Shown here: positions 38,381-47,638 of the stretch, piece by piece
Layout: the number at the start of each line of letters is the position of its first letter
How positions within the stretch are numbered: the first letter of the stretch is position 1
Origin: Candidatus Kerfeldbacteria bacterium
GTDB lineage: Bacteria; Patescibacteriota; Patescibacteriia; UBA9570; XYC2-FULL-38-9
DNA length: 64,000 bases
Assembly (NCBI GenBank): GCA_016182555.1
Contig: JACPGJ010000008.1
Span: forward strand, 220,272 to 284,271
Reading direction: 5' to 3'
The notes under the pieces: model-generated
The model's database searches: none
What the model was told of the DNA's origin: nothing
Seen by the model: the letters and a program-made list of their open reading frames with translations, nothing else
Translations under genes and position numbers: made by a program

Positions 38381-39448
38381 ATGGACACATCCCTATTTCA
38401 AAAAATCAAAGAACGGTACGCCGAATTAGAACAATTGCTGCAGTTACCAGAGGTGGTTGCGGATGCTTCGCGTTTAAAAAAAATATCGATTGAGTATACG
38501 GAATACAAAGAGAAAGCAGATGCGATTACACAGTATGAATCCATTCTCAAAGCCATAGATGAAGCACGAACGACCGTAGAAACAGATACCGATGAAGAGA
38601 TGCTCATGCTAGCGCGCGAAGAATTGGTGCGGCTGGAAACAGAACGAGATGCCGCGTGGCGCGGGTTACAACGATTATTTATTCCCAAAGACCCAAACGA
38701 TGGGAAGAATATGATTATTGAAATGCGCGCCGGAGCAGGTGGTGATGAATCTGCATTGTTTGCGTCTGAATTATTTCGAGCGTATGCACGATATGCAGAA
38801 ACGAAAGGGTGGCATATTGATGTCGTTTCAGAAAGTCAAAATGAAATTGGGGGCTATAAGGAAATTATTTTTGAAGTGATGGGTGCGGGTGCCTATGCTG
38901 CATTTAAATATGAAATGGGCGTGCACCGTGTACAACGTGTGCCGGAAACCGAAAAAGCTGGACGTGTGCATACATCGACGGTGACTGTTGCGGTGATGCC
39001 AGAAGCAGAAGAGGTTGATTTAGAAATTGCACCAAACGATTTGCGTATTGATGTGTTTCGTTCGGGTGGCCATGGTGGCCAGAGTGTGAACACTACGGAT
39101 TCGGCCGTGCGCATTACTCACTTACCCACCGGAATGATTGTGACGTGCCAAGATGAAAAATCGCAACATAAAAATAAAGCGAAAGCGATGAAAGTGCTGC
39201 GTTCACGACTGCTCGCACAGATGCGAGAAGAAGAGATGAAAAAACAAAGTGACGCGCGAAAATCACAAATTGGTACCGGTGATCGTTCAGAAAAAATTCG
39301 CACCTATAATTTTCCACAAGACCGCATTACCGACCATCGCATTAAGCAAAGCTGGGGCAATATTGCGGGAAAGATGGAAGGAGATTTCGGAGAAATTATT
39401 GCAGCGTTACGGGAGGCGGATGAGGTGCGCCAGTTAGAACAATTGTAA
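38381..39448 (+). CDS. prfA: peptide chain release factor 1
   Basis: GGQ motif [24 protein letters not shown]; RF1-type tripeptide-anticodon region [16 protein letters not shown] (PxT). Confidence 0.9.
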   Translation: MDTSLFQKIKERYAELEQLLQLPEVVADASRLKKISIEYTEYKEKADAITQYESILKAIDEARTTVETDTDEEMLMLAREELVRLETERDAAWRGLQRLFIPKDPNDGKNMIIEMRAGAGGDESALFASELFRAYARYAETKGWHIDVVSESQNEIGGYKEIIFEVMGAGAYAAFKYEMGVHRVQRVPETEKAGRVHTSTVTVAVMPEAEEVDLEIAPNDLRIDVFRSGGHGGQSVNTTDSAVRITHLPTGMIVTCQDEKSQHKNKAKAMKVLRSRLLAQMREEEMKKQSDARKSQIGTGDRSEKIRTYNFPQDRITDHRIKQSWGNIAGKMEGDFGEIIAALREADEVRQLEQL

Positions 39449-40290
39449 TGAATATAAAACAACACATCGCCATTGCAAGTCAAAAATTGAACGCAAGCTC
39501 CACCACTCCTTTACTAGATACAGAAATGTTGATGGGGCATGTGCTAGAAAAAACAAAAGCCTATCTGTTGGCGCATGGAGATATAGAAGTTTCAACAGAT
39601 GAGACTGAACGTTTTTTCGCGTTAGTAGAAGAACGCGCGACAGGAAAACCGATGGCCTATATTATTGGCCACAAAGAATTTTATGGGCGTGAATTTTTTG
39701 TGGATTCCCGCGTATTGATTCCGCGGCCAGAAACGGAAATGATTATTGATGAAGTGTTGGAACGATATGACGCAACAGCGGCACTACGCATTCTGGATCT
39801 TGGTACCGGTTCTGGATGTATTGGCATTACACTCAAAAAAGAGATACCTAGCTCAGCGGTAGTTGCAACAGATGTTTCTGCTGATGCATTAACAGTCGCA
39901 CGCAAAAATGCTAAACACTGGAATGCGGATATCGATTTTCGATTGGGTGACTTATTTGAAGCACTCCATAATACGGATGGTTTCGAAATGATTATTTCAA
40001 ACCCGCCGTATGTAGATACCAAAACTCAACCGAGTATTCTACAAACACAATCATTATCATTTGAACCATCAATCGCACTGAGTCCAACAAACAATGATTC
40101 ATTTTTCATTATTCATCACATACTTCTCGAAGCACGAAAGTGGTTACAACCAACCGGTTTGCTACTACTGGAAATTGGGTATAACCACGGCATGCGAGCA
40201 CAAGAAACCGCACGACATTATTTTCCAAACAAAAAAATAACTGTAAAAAAAGACCTCGCTGGGCACGACCGTTTATTGATTGTTGAATAG
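39448..40290 (+). CDS. prmC: release-factor glutamine N5-methyltransferase PrmC/HemK
   Basis: ILDLGTGSGCIGI (motif I) and IISNPPYV (NPPY); start overlaps the prfA stop (TAATG). Confidence 0.85.
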   Translation: MNIKQHIAIASQKLNASSTTPLLDTEMLMGHVLEKTKAYLLAHGDIEVSTDETERFFALVEERATGKPMAYIIGHKEFYGREFFVDSRVLIPRPETEMIIDEVLERYDATAALRILDLGTGSGCIGITLKKEIPSSAVVATDVSADALTVARKNAKHWNADIDFRLGDLFEALHNTDGFEMIISNPPYVDTKTQPSILQTQSLSFEPSIALSPTNNDSFFIIHHILLEARKWLQPTGLLLLEIGYNHGMRAQETARHYFPNKKITVKKDLAGHDRLLIVE

Positions 40291-40378
40291 ATCGTCTATA
40301 AAAACTTGCAAATAATAAAAATACCGCTACAATAGCTCAACTGTTGTGGGGGATTTTTCTTCAGAAAGGATCCAAAAA

Positions 40379-40717
40379 ATGGAAAATATGGATGGATTGT
40401 GGCTGCTGGCACTGGCGCTTGGAGCGCTTTGCCTGCGAAGGTTAGTACAAGAAATTGCGGCCTATCCGCGGCCGCCATTCCTGCTTTGGCTTGTTGGGCT
40501 GCTGACAGCGGTCAGCATACCTCTCACGTTCATTGGGCTTCCGGGTTCGGCTGGAGGCCTCTGGGCGGTGTGGCTTCTGCGGACCGCCGCTTGCCTCTAT
40601 TTTCTTCGCCACCTTCTCTACCCGCTAGAGGTAGCGCGAGAGTGGTTGCAGCAGGAAGAGGCGTCAACGCCGCCGGAAACCGAAAATTCCGGAGGCGACA
40701 AGCCACCGCCGCCATAA
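40379..40717 (+). CDS. small 3-TM membrane protein encoded in a ~60% GC islet
   Basis: MENMDGLWLLALALGALCL...PPFLLWLVGLLTAVSIPLTFIGL...LWAVWLLRTAACLYFL. Several overlapping ORFs in other frames are by-products of the high GC. Confidence 0.35.
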   Translation: MENMDGLWLLALALGALCLRRLVQEIAAYPRPPFLLWLVGLLTAVSIPLTFIGLPGSAGGLWAVWLLRTAACLYFLRHLLYPLEVAREWLQQEEASTPPETENSGGDKPPPP

Positions 40718-40733
40718 TTTCCAAAGCAATATA

Positions 40734-40778
40734 GGCCATGACCGCGAGACGAGGTGCGGGACATGGCCTGATTTTTTT
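40734..40778 (+). terminator. hairpin plus T-run terminator closing the prfA-prmC-ORF unit
   Basis: GGCCATG-(21 nt)-CATGGCC then TGATTTTTTT. Confidence 0.5.
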
Positions 40779-40811
40779 CTGAATCTTTTATTCTACAGGC
40801 CTACTGCACAA

Positions 40812-43439
40812 TTATTTTTTCGTATTCAACACAATCTTTCCCTTCTTCACATCTACAACCACGCGTGAACCTTCTCGGCTCTTTCCAGAAACAATTTGTA
40901 ACGCCAGTGGATCAAGAATATCCGTTTGAATCACCCGTTTGAGCGGCCGGGCACCATAGACCAAATCATATCCCTTCTCCGCAACATATTCTTTCGCCGC
41001 ATCAGAAAATTCCAACTGAATCTTTTTTTCCAACAATCGCTTCACCACTCGATCAAGCTGAATATTCACAATCTGTTCAATATTTTTCTTACTCAGCGCA
41101 TGGAAAATAATAATCTCATCTACGCGGTTCAGAAACTCTGGTTTGAAACTGTCTTGTAATAACCGCATCACATCTGTTCGCATATCTTCTTCCATCGCCT
41201 CCGCTTTTTTTTCAGATTCCGCTCGGAACCCCATACTTCCATGACGCTGGGCATATTCCTGAATCCGTTGACTGCCAATATTCGACGTCATGATAATAAT
41301 GGTATTCTTGAAATTAATTTTACGGCCTTTGGCATCGGTAATGCGCCCATCATCTAACACTTGCAACAAAATGTTAAACACATCAGGGTGCGCTTTTTCA
41401 ATTTCATCAAAGAGCACGACACTATATGGTCTTCGACGAATAGCTTCCGTGAGTTGACCCGATTCTTCATATCCCACATACCCAGGCGGCGAACCAATAA
41501 TTTTAGAAATCGAATGCGGTTCCATATATTCCGACATATCCACGCGCACAATCGCCTCGGAGTCGTTGAACATAAAATCGGCCAACGCCTTTGCCAGCTC
41601 TGTTTTCCCAACTCCCGTCGGACCCATAAAAATAAAAGAACCGATCGGTCGTTTTTCTTCCCCAACACCCGCACGAGAGCGACGAATCGCATTCGCAATC
41701 GCACGAATAGCCTCAGCTTGACCAACAACACGTTTGTCTAATTCCTCTTCCATTTTTTCCAACTTCTGCCCTTCTGATTCCAACATTTTATTCACCGGAA
41801 TACCAGTCCAACGCGAAACAACACCAGCAATATCTTCATCTGTCACTTCTTCTTTCAAAATGCGCTGCTTCTTTTGCATCTGCTGCAACTTGCGTTGTAA
41901 ATCATCCACGGTTTTTTCGCATTCTGGAATTTTGCCATAGCGAATTTCGGCCACGGTTCGCAAATCACCTTCACGCTCTTTAATATCAGCTTCCCCACGT
42001 AAACGATCAATCTCCTCTTTTTTAATATGAATTTCAGAAAGAATATCGCGTTCATTTTTCCACTGCAATTCTAACTGTTGCGAAGAATCACGAATTTCGG
42101 ATAACTCTTTCTCAATCTTACTAATCTCTTCTTTATTTTCATCCGCATCTTTGCGCAAAGCTTCCCGTTCCACTTCTAACTGCATAATGCGGCGCTTCAT
42201 TTTATCCAATTCTTCTGGCATTGAATCAATTTGCATGCGCAGAGCGGAAGCCGCTTCGTCAATCAAGTCAATCGCTTTATCTGGCAAAAACCGATCCGCG
42301 ATATACCGGTGCGACAATTCAGCCGCGGTAATAATCGCTTGGTCGGTGATGCGCACGCCATGGTGCACTTCATATTTTTCTTTAATGCCACGCAAAATCG
42401 CAATCGTACTTTCTACCGATGGTTCACCCACAAAAATGGGCTGGAACCTGCGCTCCAGGGCTGCATCTTTTTCAATATATTTTTGATATTCTTTCAACGT
42501 GGTTGCGCCAATCGCGTGGAGTTTTCCACGAGCCAACGCCGGTTTTAATAAATTCGCCGCATCCACTGTGCCTTCCGCGCCACCCGCACCCACAATCGTA
42601 TGCAATTCGTCAATAAATAAAATAACGCGACCAGCCTGCTCATCAATTTCTTTCAGTACCGCTTTCATTCGTTCTTCAAATTCACCACGAAACTTAGTTC
42701 CCGCAAGCAACAAACCAATATCCAGCGAAACGACTTCTTTATTTTTAAGCGAATCAGGCACATCGCCAGCGACAATCCGTTGTGCTAACCCTTCAACAAT
42801 AGCCGTTTTCCCCGTGCCCGGCTCGCCAATCAGCACAGGGTTATTTTTGGTTCGACGCGAAAGCACTTGCATCGCACGGCGAATTTCGTCATCCCGACCA
42901 ATCACTGGGTCGAGTTTTTCTTCTCGAGCCAGTTTCGTCAAATTCATGGTATATTTTTCCAGCGCCTGATATTTTGTTTCCGGTTCTGGTGAGGTCACCC
43001 GGTGAGTACCACGCAATTCTTTCACCACCGCCAGTACACCTTTATAATCGAGTCCAAATTTTTTCAGTAAATGCTGCGCATCAGATTTCACCTGCAGCAG
43101 CGCCAGCAAAAAATGTTCTGTCGACATATACTCATCTTCCAACTTTTGTGATTCTTTCGATGCCTGCATCAACACTCCATTCATCTCTTGACTCACAAAA
43201 ATTTGACCCGGCTCGCCAATGGTTGGAATAGTACTCAAACGACGTAACAACTCTTCCGTCAGTTCCGGAATGGGAACATTTAATCGATTCAGTACGGGCA
43301 CGACAATCGTATTTTCTTGTTCAATCAATGCTTGCAATACATGTAATGGCACAATTTGTTGCTGGCCAAGGTTAAGGGCAATACTATGCGCATGTTGCAA
43401 CGCTTCCTGCGCTTTTCTGGTGAGTTTATTTAAATCCAT
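40812..43439 (-). CDS. clpB: ATP-dependent chaperone ClpB
   Basis: 875 aa with two AAA+ modules ([16 protein letters not shown]) and a long coiled-coil middle domain. Confidence 0.9.
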   Translation of the reverse strand: MDLNKLTRKAQEALQHAHSIALNLGQQQIVPLHVLQALIEQENTIVVPVLNRLNVPIPELTEELLRRLSTIPTIGEPGQIFVSQEMNGVLMQASKESQKLEDEYMSTEHFLLALLQVKSDAQHLLKKFGLDYKGVLAVVKELRGTHRVTSPEPETKYQALEKYTMNLTKLAREEKLDPVIGRDDEIRRAMQVLSRRTKNNPVLIGEPGTGKTAIVEGLAQRIVAGDVPDSLKNKEVVSLDIGLLLAGTKFRGEFEERMKAVLKEIDEQAGRVILFIDELHTIVGAGGAEGTVDAANLLKPALARGKLHAIGATTLKEYQKYIEKDAALERRFQPIFVGEPSVESTIAILRGIKEKYEVHHGVRITDQAIITAAELSHRYIADRFLPDKAIDLIDEAASALRMQIDSMPEELDKMKRRIMQLEVEREALRKDADENKEEISKIEKELSEIRDSSQQLELQWKNERDILSEIHIKKEEIDRLRGEADIKEREGDLRTVAEIRYGKIPECEKTVDDLQRKLQQMQKKQRILKEEVTDEDIAGVVSRWTGIPVNKMLESEGQKLEKMEEELDKRVVGQAEAIRAIANAIRRSRAGVGEEKRPIGSFIFMGPTGVGKTELAKALADFMFNDSEAIVRVDMSEYMEPHSISKIIGSPPGYVGYEESGQLTEAIRRRPYSVVLFDEIEKAHPDVFNILLQVLDDGRITDAKGRKINFKNTIIIMTSNIGSQRIQEYAQRHGSMGFRAESEKKAEAMEEDMRTDVMRLLQDSFKPEFLNRVDEIIIFHALSKKNIEQIVNIQLDRVVKRLLEKKIQLEFSDAAKEYVAEKGYDLVYGARPLKRVIQTDILDPLALQIVSGKSREGSRVVVDVKKGKIVLNTKK

Positions 43440-43522
43440 AATATAAAAATTAGTATTCTATTGTACTCTTACACTATCGAAAAACCGAGCAAAAATCAAG
43501 CGACGACTCCTGAATAGTATTT

Positions 43523-44476
43523 TTAGAACTTTCGCACTGGGCAGGGTTCAGTATAATTTTTTTCGTATCTATCGCAGAATTGTTCAATCGTGAAATGGTG
43601 TTCTTGGCTGCCGTAGTGTTCAATCGCATACGCCGCAGCCACAGAACCGAAGCGACCCATCTGTTCAAGTGTCGCACCAATCGCAATACCTTTTAATACT
43701 CCGGCACGATAGGCATCACCGGCGCTGGTGGTGTCTACAATCGCGTCACTTGATACCCGCGGAATATGAATAGTTTGGTCTCGGGTTTGAATACGCGAAC
43801 CATCTCCCCCGAGCGTAGTGATAAGCGTTTCTGTCCACTGTAAAATTTCCAATTCACTTATACGGAATCGCCTCTTTACGGTTTCTAACTCATATTCGTT
43901 AATCGTAAGCATTGTTGCGCCTTCAACAAGCCGACGAAAATCGGATTTTGCATAGCGCGCAATCGTTTGGCCAGGATCAAAAATATATCGAATGCGTTCT
44001 CGCATGCATTGGTGGGCGTATGCAATCGTTTCATTGTTGTTGTCACGCGGTGACAAAATCATGATCGTTTGCGCAGGGTTGAAATCAGCGGTACTAAATG
44101 GGACATTGCGATGAAGCGCACCCGGATAAAAAAATGCTACTTGGTAATGTTCGTCGTCGTTGACCACCGTGAATGTCGATGTTTGTGCATCTGGATAGAC
44201 TTCAATATATTCTGTTGAAATACCAAGTCGCTGGAGATGCTGAAGATATTGTTGCCCATCGCCACCAATCGCGGATAAAATAATCGGTTGTTCACCAAGC
44301 ATTTTTAACGTATACGCAATGGCTCCCCCGCCGCCGCCAAACCGAATCTTTGTATCATCGATGAGAAGTGAGAGATTTAATTTGTGCAACTGATCAACCA
44401 AAAATGCATCTTGAAAGCGCCCAGGATAGTGCATAATCCGATCAAAATCGAGTGTACCGTGAACAAGAATATTCAT
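43523..44476 (-). CDS. PfkB-family carbohydrate kinase (ribokinase-like)
   Basis: N-terminal GG motif, C-terminal DTTSAGDAYRAG (PfkB signature 2); track start is GTG at 44518, ATG at 44474-44476 used; overlaps the upstream gene stop by 4 nt. Confidence 0.7.
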   Translation of the reverse strand: MNILVHGTLDFDRIMHYPGRFQDAFLVDQLHKLNLSLLIDDTKIRFGGGGGAIAYTLKMLGEQPIILSAIGGDGQQYLQHLQRLGISTEYIEVYPDAQTSTFTVVNDDEHYQVAFFYPGALHRNVPFSTADFNPAQTIMILSPRDNNNETIAYAHQCMRERIRYIFDPGQTIARYAKSDFRRLVEGATMLTINEYELETVKRRFRISELEILQWTETLITTLGGDGSRIQTRDQTIHIPRVSSDAIVDTTSAGDAYRAGVLKGIAIGATLEQMGRFGSVAAAYAIEHYGSQEHHFTIEQFCDRYEKNYTEPCPVRKF

Positions 44477-45177
44477 ATCGCAACGATTTTCAGCAATTCT
44501 TGCACTTGTGTTTCCCACTGTGGCGCAGGATCAAAAAGATTTGTAAGCTGTTGCACTAATTCAAGTAATTTTTTAGTTTGCGATTGTAAATCGTGTCTGA
44601 TTACCGTTTCGTTTTTTGTTTTTTGGAGTTCTTTTCTGAGATTGCTACATTTATGCAATTGAGTCTGAACCTGTTTTTTTATCGCTATATTCTGTTGTTG
44701 GTTTACATCTTGTTGCATGTTCTGCAAAATCATTTCCAAGAAAAATATCTGGTCACTCACTTCGTTTTTCCAGTCGTCATCTTTGGTGATAACCTCTATT
44801 TTTTCCTCTGGTTCTTTTTTTGAAGAGATTAAGAGTGCTGTATAGGGCTGTATACTGCTACGCAACTCACCCGCGACGAGAGAAGCTGCGTCTGAAGAAG
44901 AGGCTTGAAGTATTTGTTCTATTTTTTGAAGCAGCGGTAAAAGCTCTTCTCTTCTTTGTTCAGAATATGTTCTATAATCGTTTGATACAGATTGAATGGG
45001 GATGACCACTTCATCTTGAAATTGATCGTAAGTGTACCCATAATTGTCTGGGGAACTGCGTGCATTTCTCATAATCCATACGCGTATATGAAACAACAGC
45101 ATACCTATCTCATACAGGCGCGTATCGTGCTCCCGGTCATGATGAACAATTTTTCTTTCTAATCGAATTTCAGACAT
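44473..45177 (-). CDS. hypothetical coiled-coil protein
   Basis: 234 aa, Q/E/K-rich C-terminal half; coupled to pfkB. Confidence 0.35.
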   Translation of the reverse strand: MSEIRLERKIVHHDREHDTRLYEIGMLLFHIRVWIMRNARSSPDNYGYTYDQFQDEVVIPIQSVSNDYRTYSEQRREELLPLLQKIEQILQASSSDAASLVAGELRSSIQPYTALLISSKKEPEEKIEVITKDDDWKNEVSDQIFFLEMILQNMQQDVNQQQNIAIKKQVQTQLHKCSNLRKELQKTKNETVIRHDLQSQTKKLLELVQQLTNLFDPAPQWETQVQELLKIVAI

Positions 45178-45194
45178 AGGAAGGCATCTTATTT

Positions 45195-46964
45195 TTAAAT
45201 TATTTCAGCATTATAACACTCTTTGCAATAGATTATTTCTTTGCGGTCTGGTGCGTATGCGGTTTGAAATGTTCGTGAACACAGCGTATCAGCGTGATCA
45301 TGTGTTGCCGTATTGGTGTACACTCCATTTTCGGATTGACTGCCTGCACACTGACACGTTTGTTTCCACAGTTTGCGTGGATCACGATGACTTAATCGTT
45401 TTTGAAAACGACAATCTGCACAGCGCCGAGGGATTGGAATAGTGTGCTTCTGATAAAATGCAAATTCCGGCTGAGTGATTTTGAAATTCTTCTGGCAATC
45501 GATACAGGCAAAAACGTGCTTTGTTACATCTGCGGAAACATCACTAATAGTATCTGGCATATCACTCCACTGAATTGTTTCTTTTCTATATGTTCCCGGC
45601 AAATCTTTTTTCCAACGCAATCCTTCCGCCTCCACTTCTGTTTTTGTTTTTGGATACCATTGTTGAACCGTTGATTCATTATATGCATACGGCGATAAAT
45701 GCATAGGGAAAAATTCTCCCCACTCACCTGTTTGTTTCATGTGGGCAATCAATTTTTCTTTCAGCATCGCGAATTCTTCGGGAGTATATTCTTTATTCAA
45801 AATCGCATACTTTTTTTTCCGCAAACCCGCACATCCAAACAAATTTTCTGTACTATGACAACTATCCACATATTGTGAATCACGTAAGTCACGACAAGCA
45901 TGTGCAAAAGCAATATTATATAATCGAGCGCCATTTTGTATCTCGTAGAGTAATTCACAATTCATACCGACTTGATCACAATCCATAGAATCTACTATTC
46001 CACCAGAATCAGATATATATGCGCAATTATTTGCATCAATCGTGTCAAAACTTTTTCGTACATTATTACAATGCTGTAAATAATTTCCTGAAATATTTTC
46101 ACTCGTACGAATAGATATTTCGTGTCGAGGAATTTGTTCTGTATATTCCCAAAATTCTTTTTGTAGTTTTTCTATCGTTTGTGTATCACTAAAATTGAAT
46201 AACTGGAGTTTTTGAAAATACTCTTCTTTTGTGTACTGCACATTCCGTATACAATATTCAGCATTTTTCAAATTTACACACTGAAAACAATTTGAAGAAT
46301 TATGACAATTATAGAGGAATAAAGAATCGGTAATATGCGTGCTGTTATAAATAAATCGCGAGTTATAACAATGTGTAATATCTTGAGAATCGTAACATAA
46401 TTGTGAATTCAATGTAAAAGAACAATCAATACAATCATTTGAGGCGCTTGTCCAATACGTATAATATAACCGTTGGCTCGAGAAACTAAAAATAGCGAGA
46501 TAAGAATCGACGATATTCTCCACTTCATTACAAAACTCACTATTTTCTGATTTCAAATTTACTAAAGAAATACGTGGAACAGCGAGCAATAATTCTTGGA
46601 ACTGCTCAAAAAATGGACGACTGAAATCAATAGCGCGTGCGAATGTGGCTGCATCCCATTTGTCGCTCCACCAACACGTTGGACAGTAAATGGTGTAGGG
46701 TGAATCTGCGGAGTAGGTGGAAATAATTTGTTTGTTACACAAATCGCAGGTTCGTGAATATAATACGCGTTCATTGCGCCACGCAAATCGACGCCTATTT
46801 CGGCAATCCGCGCACCACGTCGGCGCGGGCACTTGAATCTTTTCATAAAACACAAAATCTTCGGGTTCAACCGTAAATTCCTGTGCACAATTTTGGCACT
46901 GCCGTTGTTCGGCTTGTTGATTCGACATACCTGAACAGTATATCAGCCTCTCGCTTGAAAGCAA
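45195..46964 (-). CDS. Cys-rich hypothetical protein with duplicated zinc-ribbon-like terminal modules
   Basis: N-terminal CQNCAQEFTVEPEDFVFYEKIQVPAPTWCADCRNRRRFAWR and C-terminal CIDCQKNFKITQPEFAFYQKHTIPIPRRCADCRFQKRLSHR are clear internal repeats; the central region has Cys pairs every 20-30 aa. Confidence 0.4.
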   Translation of the reverse strand: MLSSERLIYCSGMSNQQAEQRQCQNCAQEFTVEPEDFVFYEKIQVPAPTWCADCRNRRRFAWRNERVLYSRTCDLCNKQIISTYSADSPYTIYCPTCWWSDKWDAATFARAIDFSRPFFEQFQELLLAVPRISLVNLKSENSEFCNEVENIVDSYLAIFSFSSQRLYYTYWTSASNDCIDCSFTLNSQLCYDSQDITHCYNSRFIYNSTHITDSLFLYNCHNSSNCFQCVNLKNAEYCIRNVQYTKEEYFQKLQLFNFSDTQTIEKLQKEFWEYTEQIPRHEISIRTSENISGNYLQHCNNVRKSFDTIDANNCAYISDSGGIVDSMDCDQVGMNCELLYEIQNGARLYNIAFAHACRDLRDSQYVDSCHSTENLFGCAGLRKKKYAILNKEYTPEEFAMLKEKLIAHMKQTGEWGEFFPMHLSPYAYNESTVQQWYPKTKTEVEAEGLRWKKDLPGTYRKETIQWSDMPDTISDVSADVTKHVFACIDCQKNFKITQPEFAFYQKHTIPIPRRCADCRFQKRLSHRDPRKLWKQTCQCAGSQSENGVYTNTATHDHADTLCSRTFQTAYAPDRKEIIYCKECYNAEII

Positions 46965-46966
46965 AT

Positions 46967-47311
46967 CTACAAATAATGAAATTCTACGTTTTCTTCTGAA
47001 AGAATAACCACGACTTTTTTCTGTAATCTTTTAAGAAGAACCAGAGTATTCAAAAGTAGCAACAAATATTTCAGCGTATTTTTAGGTCGTTGATTATAAA
47101 AACGTAAAAGAATTATAGACGATTGTATTTGCTGTAAAAAATCTTTATCGTGAGTGATAATGATGAAATTTTTTCGCCCAGCGTATACAACTAATTCTTT
47201 ATCTGTTTTTCCATACCACCCTTCTTCTTTAACATCAATAATTTCATGTCCAGCTTCACGCAAACCGAGTACAACTGAACGAGCAACATTTTCATCTGTG
47301 AGAAAATGCAT
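46967..47311 (-). CDS. DUF5615 (PIN-like) toxin-type protein
   Basis: MHFLTDENVARSVV...FIIITHDKDF. Confidence 0.6.
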   Translation of the reverse strand: MHFLTDENVARSVVLGLREAGHEIIDVKEEGWYGKTDKELVVYAGRKNFIIITHDKDFLQQIQSSIILLRFYNQRPKNTLKYLLLLLNTLVLLKRLQKKVVVILSEENVEFHYL

Positions 47312-47313
47312 AT

Positions 47314-47613
47314 TTATCGCGCATGAACCACGCTCAACTTCAGTGGTATAATTTCTTCACGCGAAACAGCATGCTTTGCAAATGCAAGAGCAGCTTCTAG
47401 ATCAGCTTTTTTGATGTGATCGTATTCTGCAATAATTTCATTAAACGACATTCCGGAACGCATCAATTCCAAAATAAACTCCACTGAAATACGAGTCCCT
47501 TTAATCAGTGGTTTTCCTCCTAATACATCAGGGTTGCTGACAATACGTTTTGAAAATGTATTCATATTTTTCCTTTCTATATACAATATACGATAAAGTA
47601 CCGCCTCTGTCAA
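47314..47613 (-). CDS. DUF433 antitoxin-type protein
   Basis: GGKPLIKGTRISVEFILELM; 2-nt gap to the DUF5615 gene, the known DUF433/DUF5615 pairing. Start likely at the internal MNTFSK. Confidence 0.6.
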   Translation of the reverse strand: MTEAVLYRILYIERKNMNTFSKRIVSNPDVLGGKPLIKGTRISVEFILELMRSGMSFNEIIAEYDHIKKADLEAALAFAKHAVSREEIIPLKLSVVHAR

Positions 47614-47638
47614 CTTTTATCCACAAATTCTACAAATT

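Noticed and set aside
40399-40739. Overlapping 111-aa (+) and 69-aa (-) ORFs
   Set aside because: Products of the high-GC islet; only the hydrophobic frame (40379..40717) looks protein-like.
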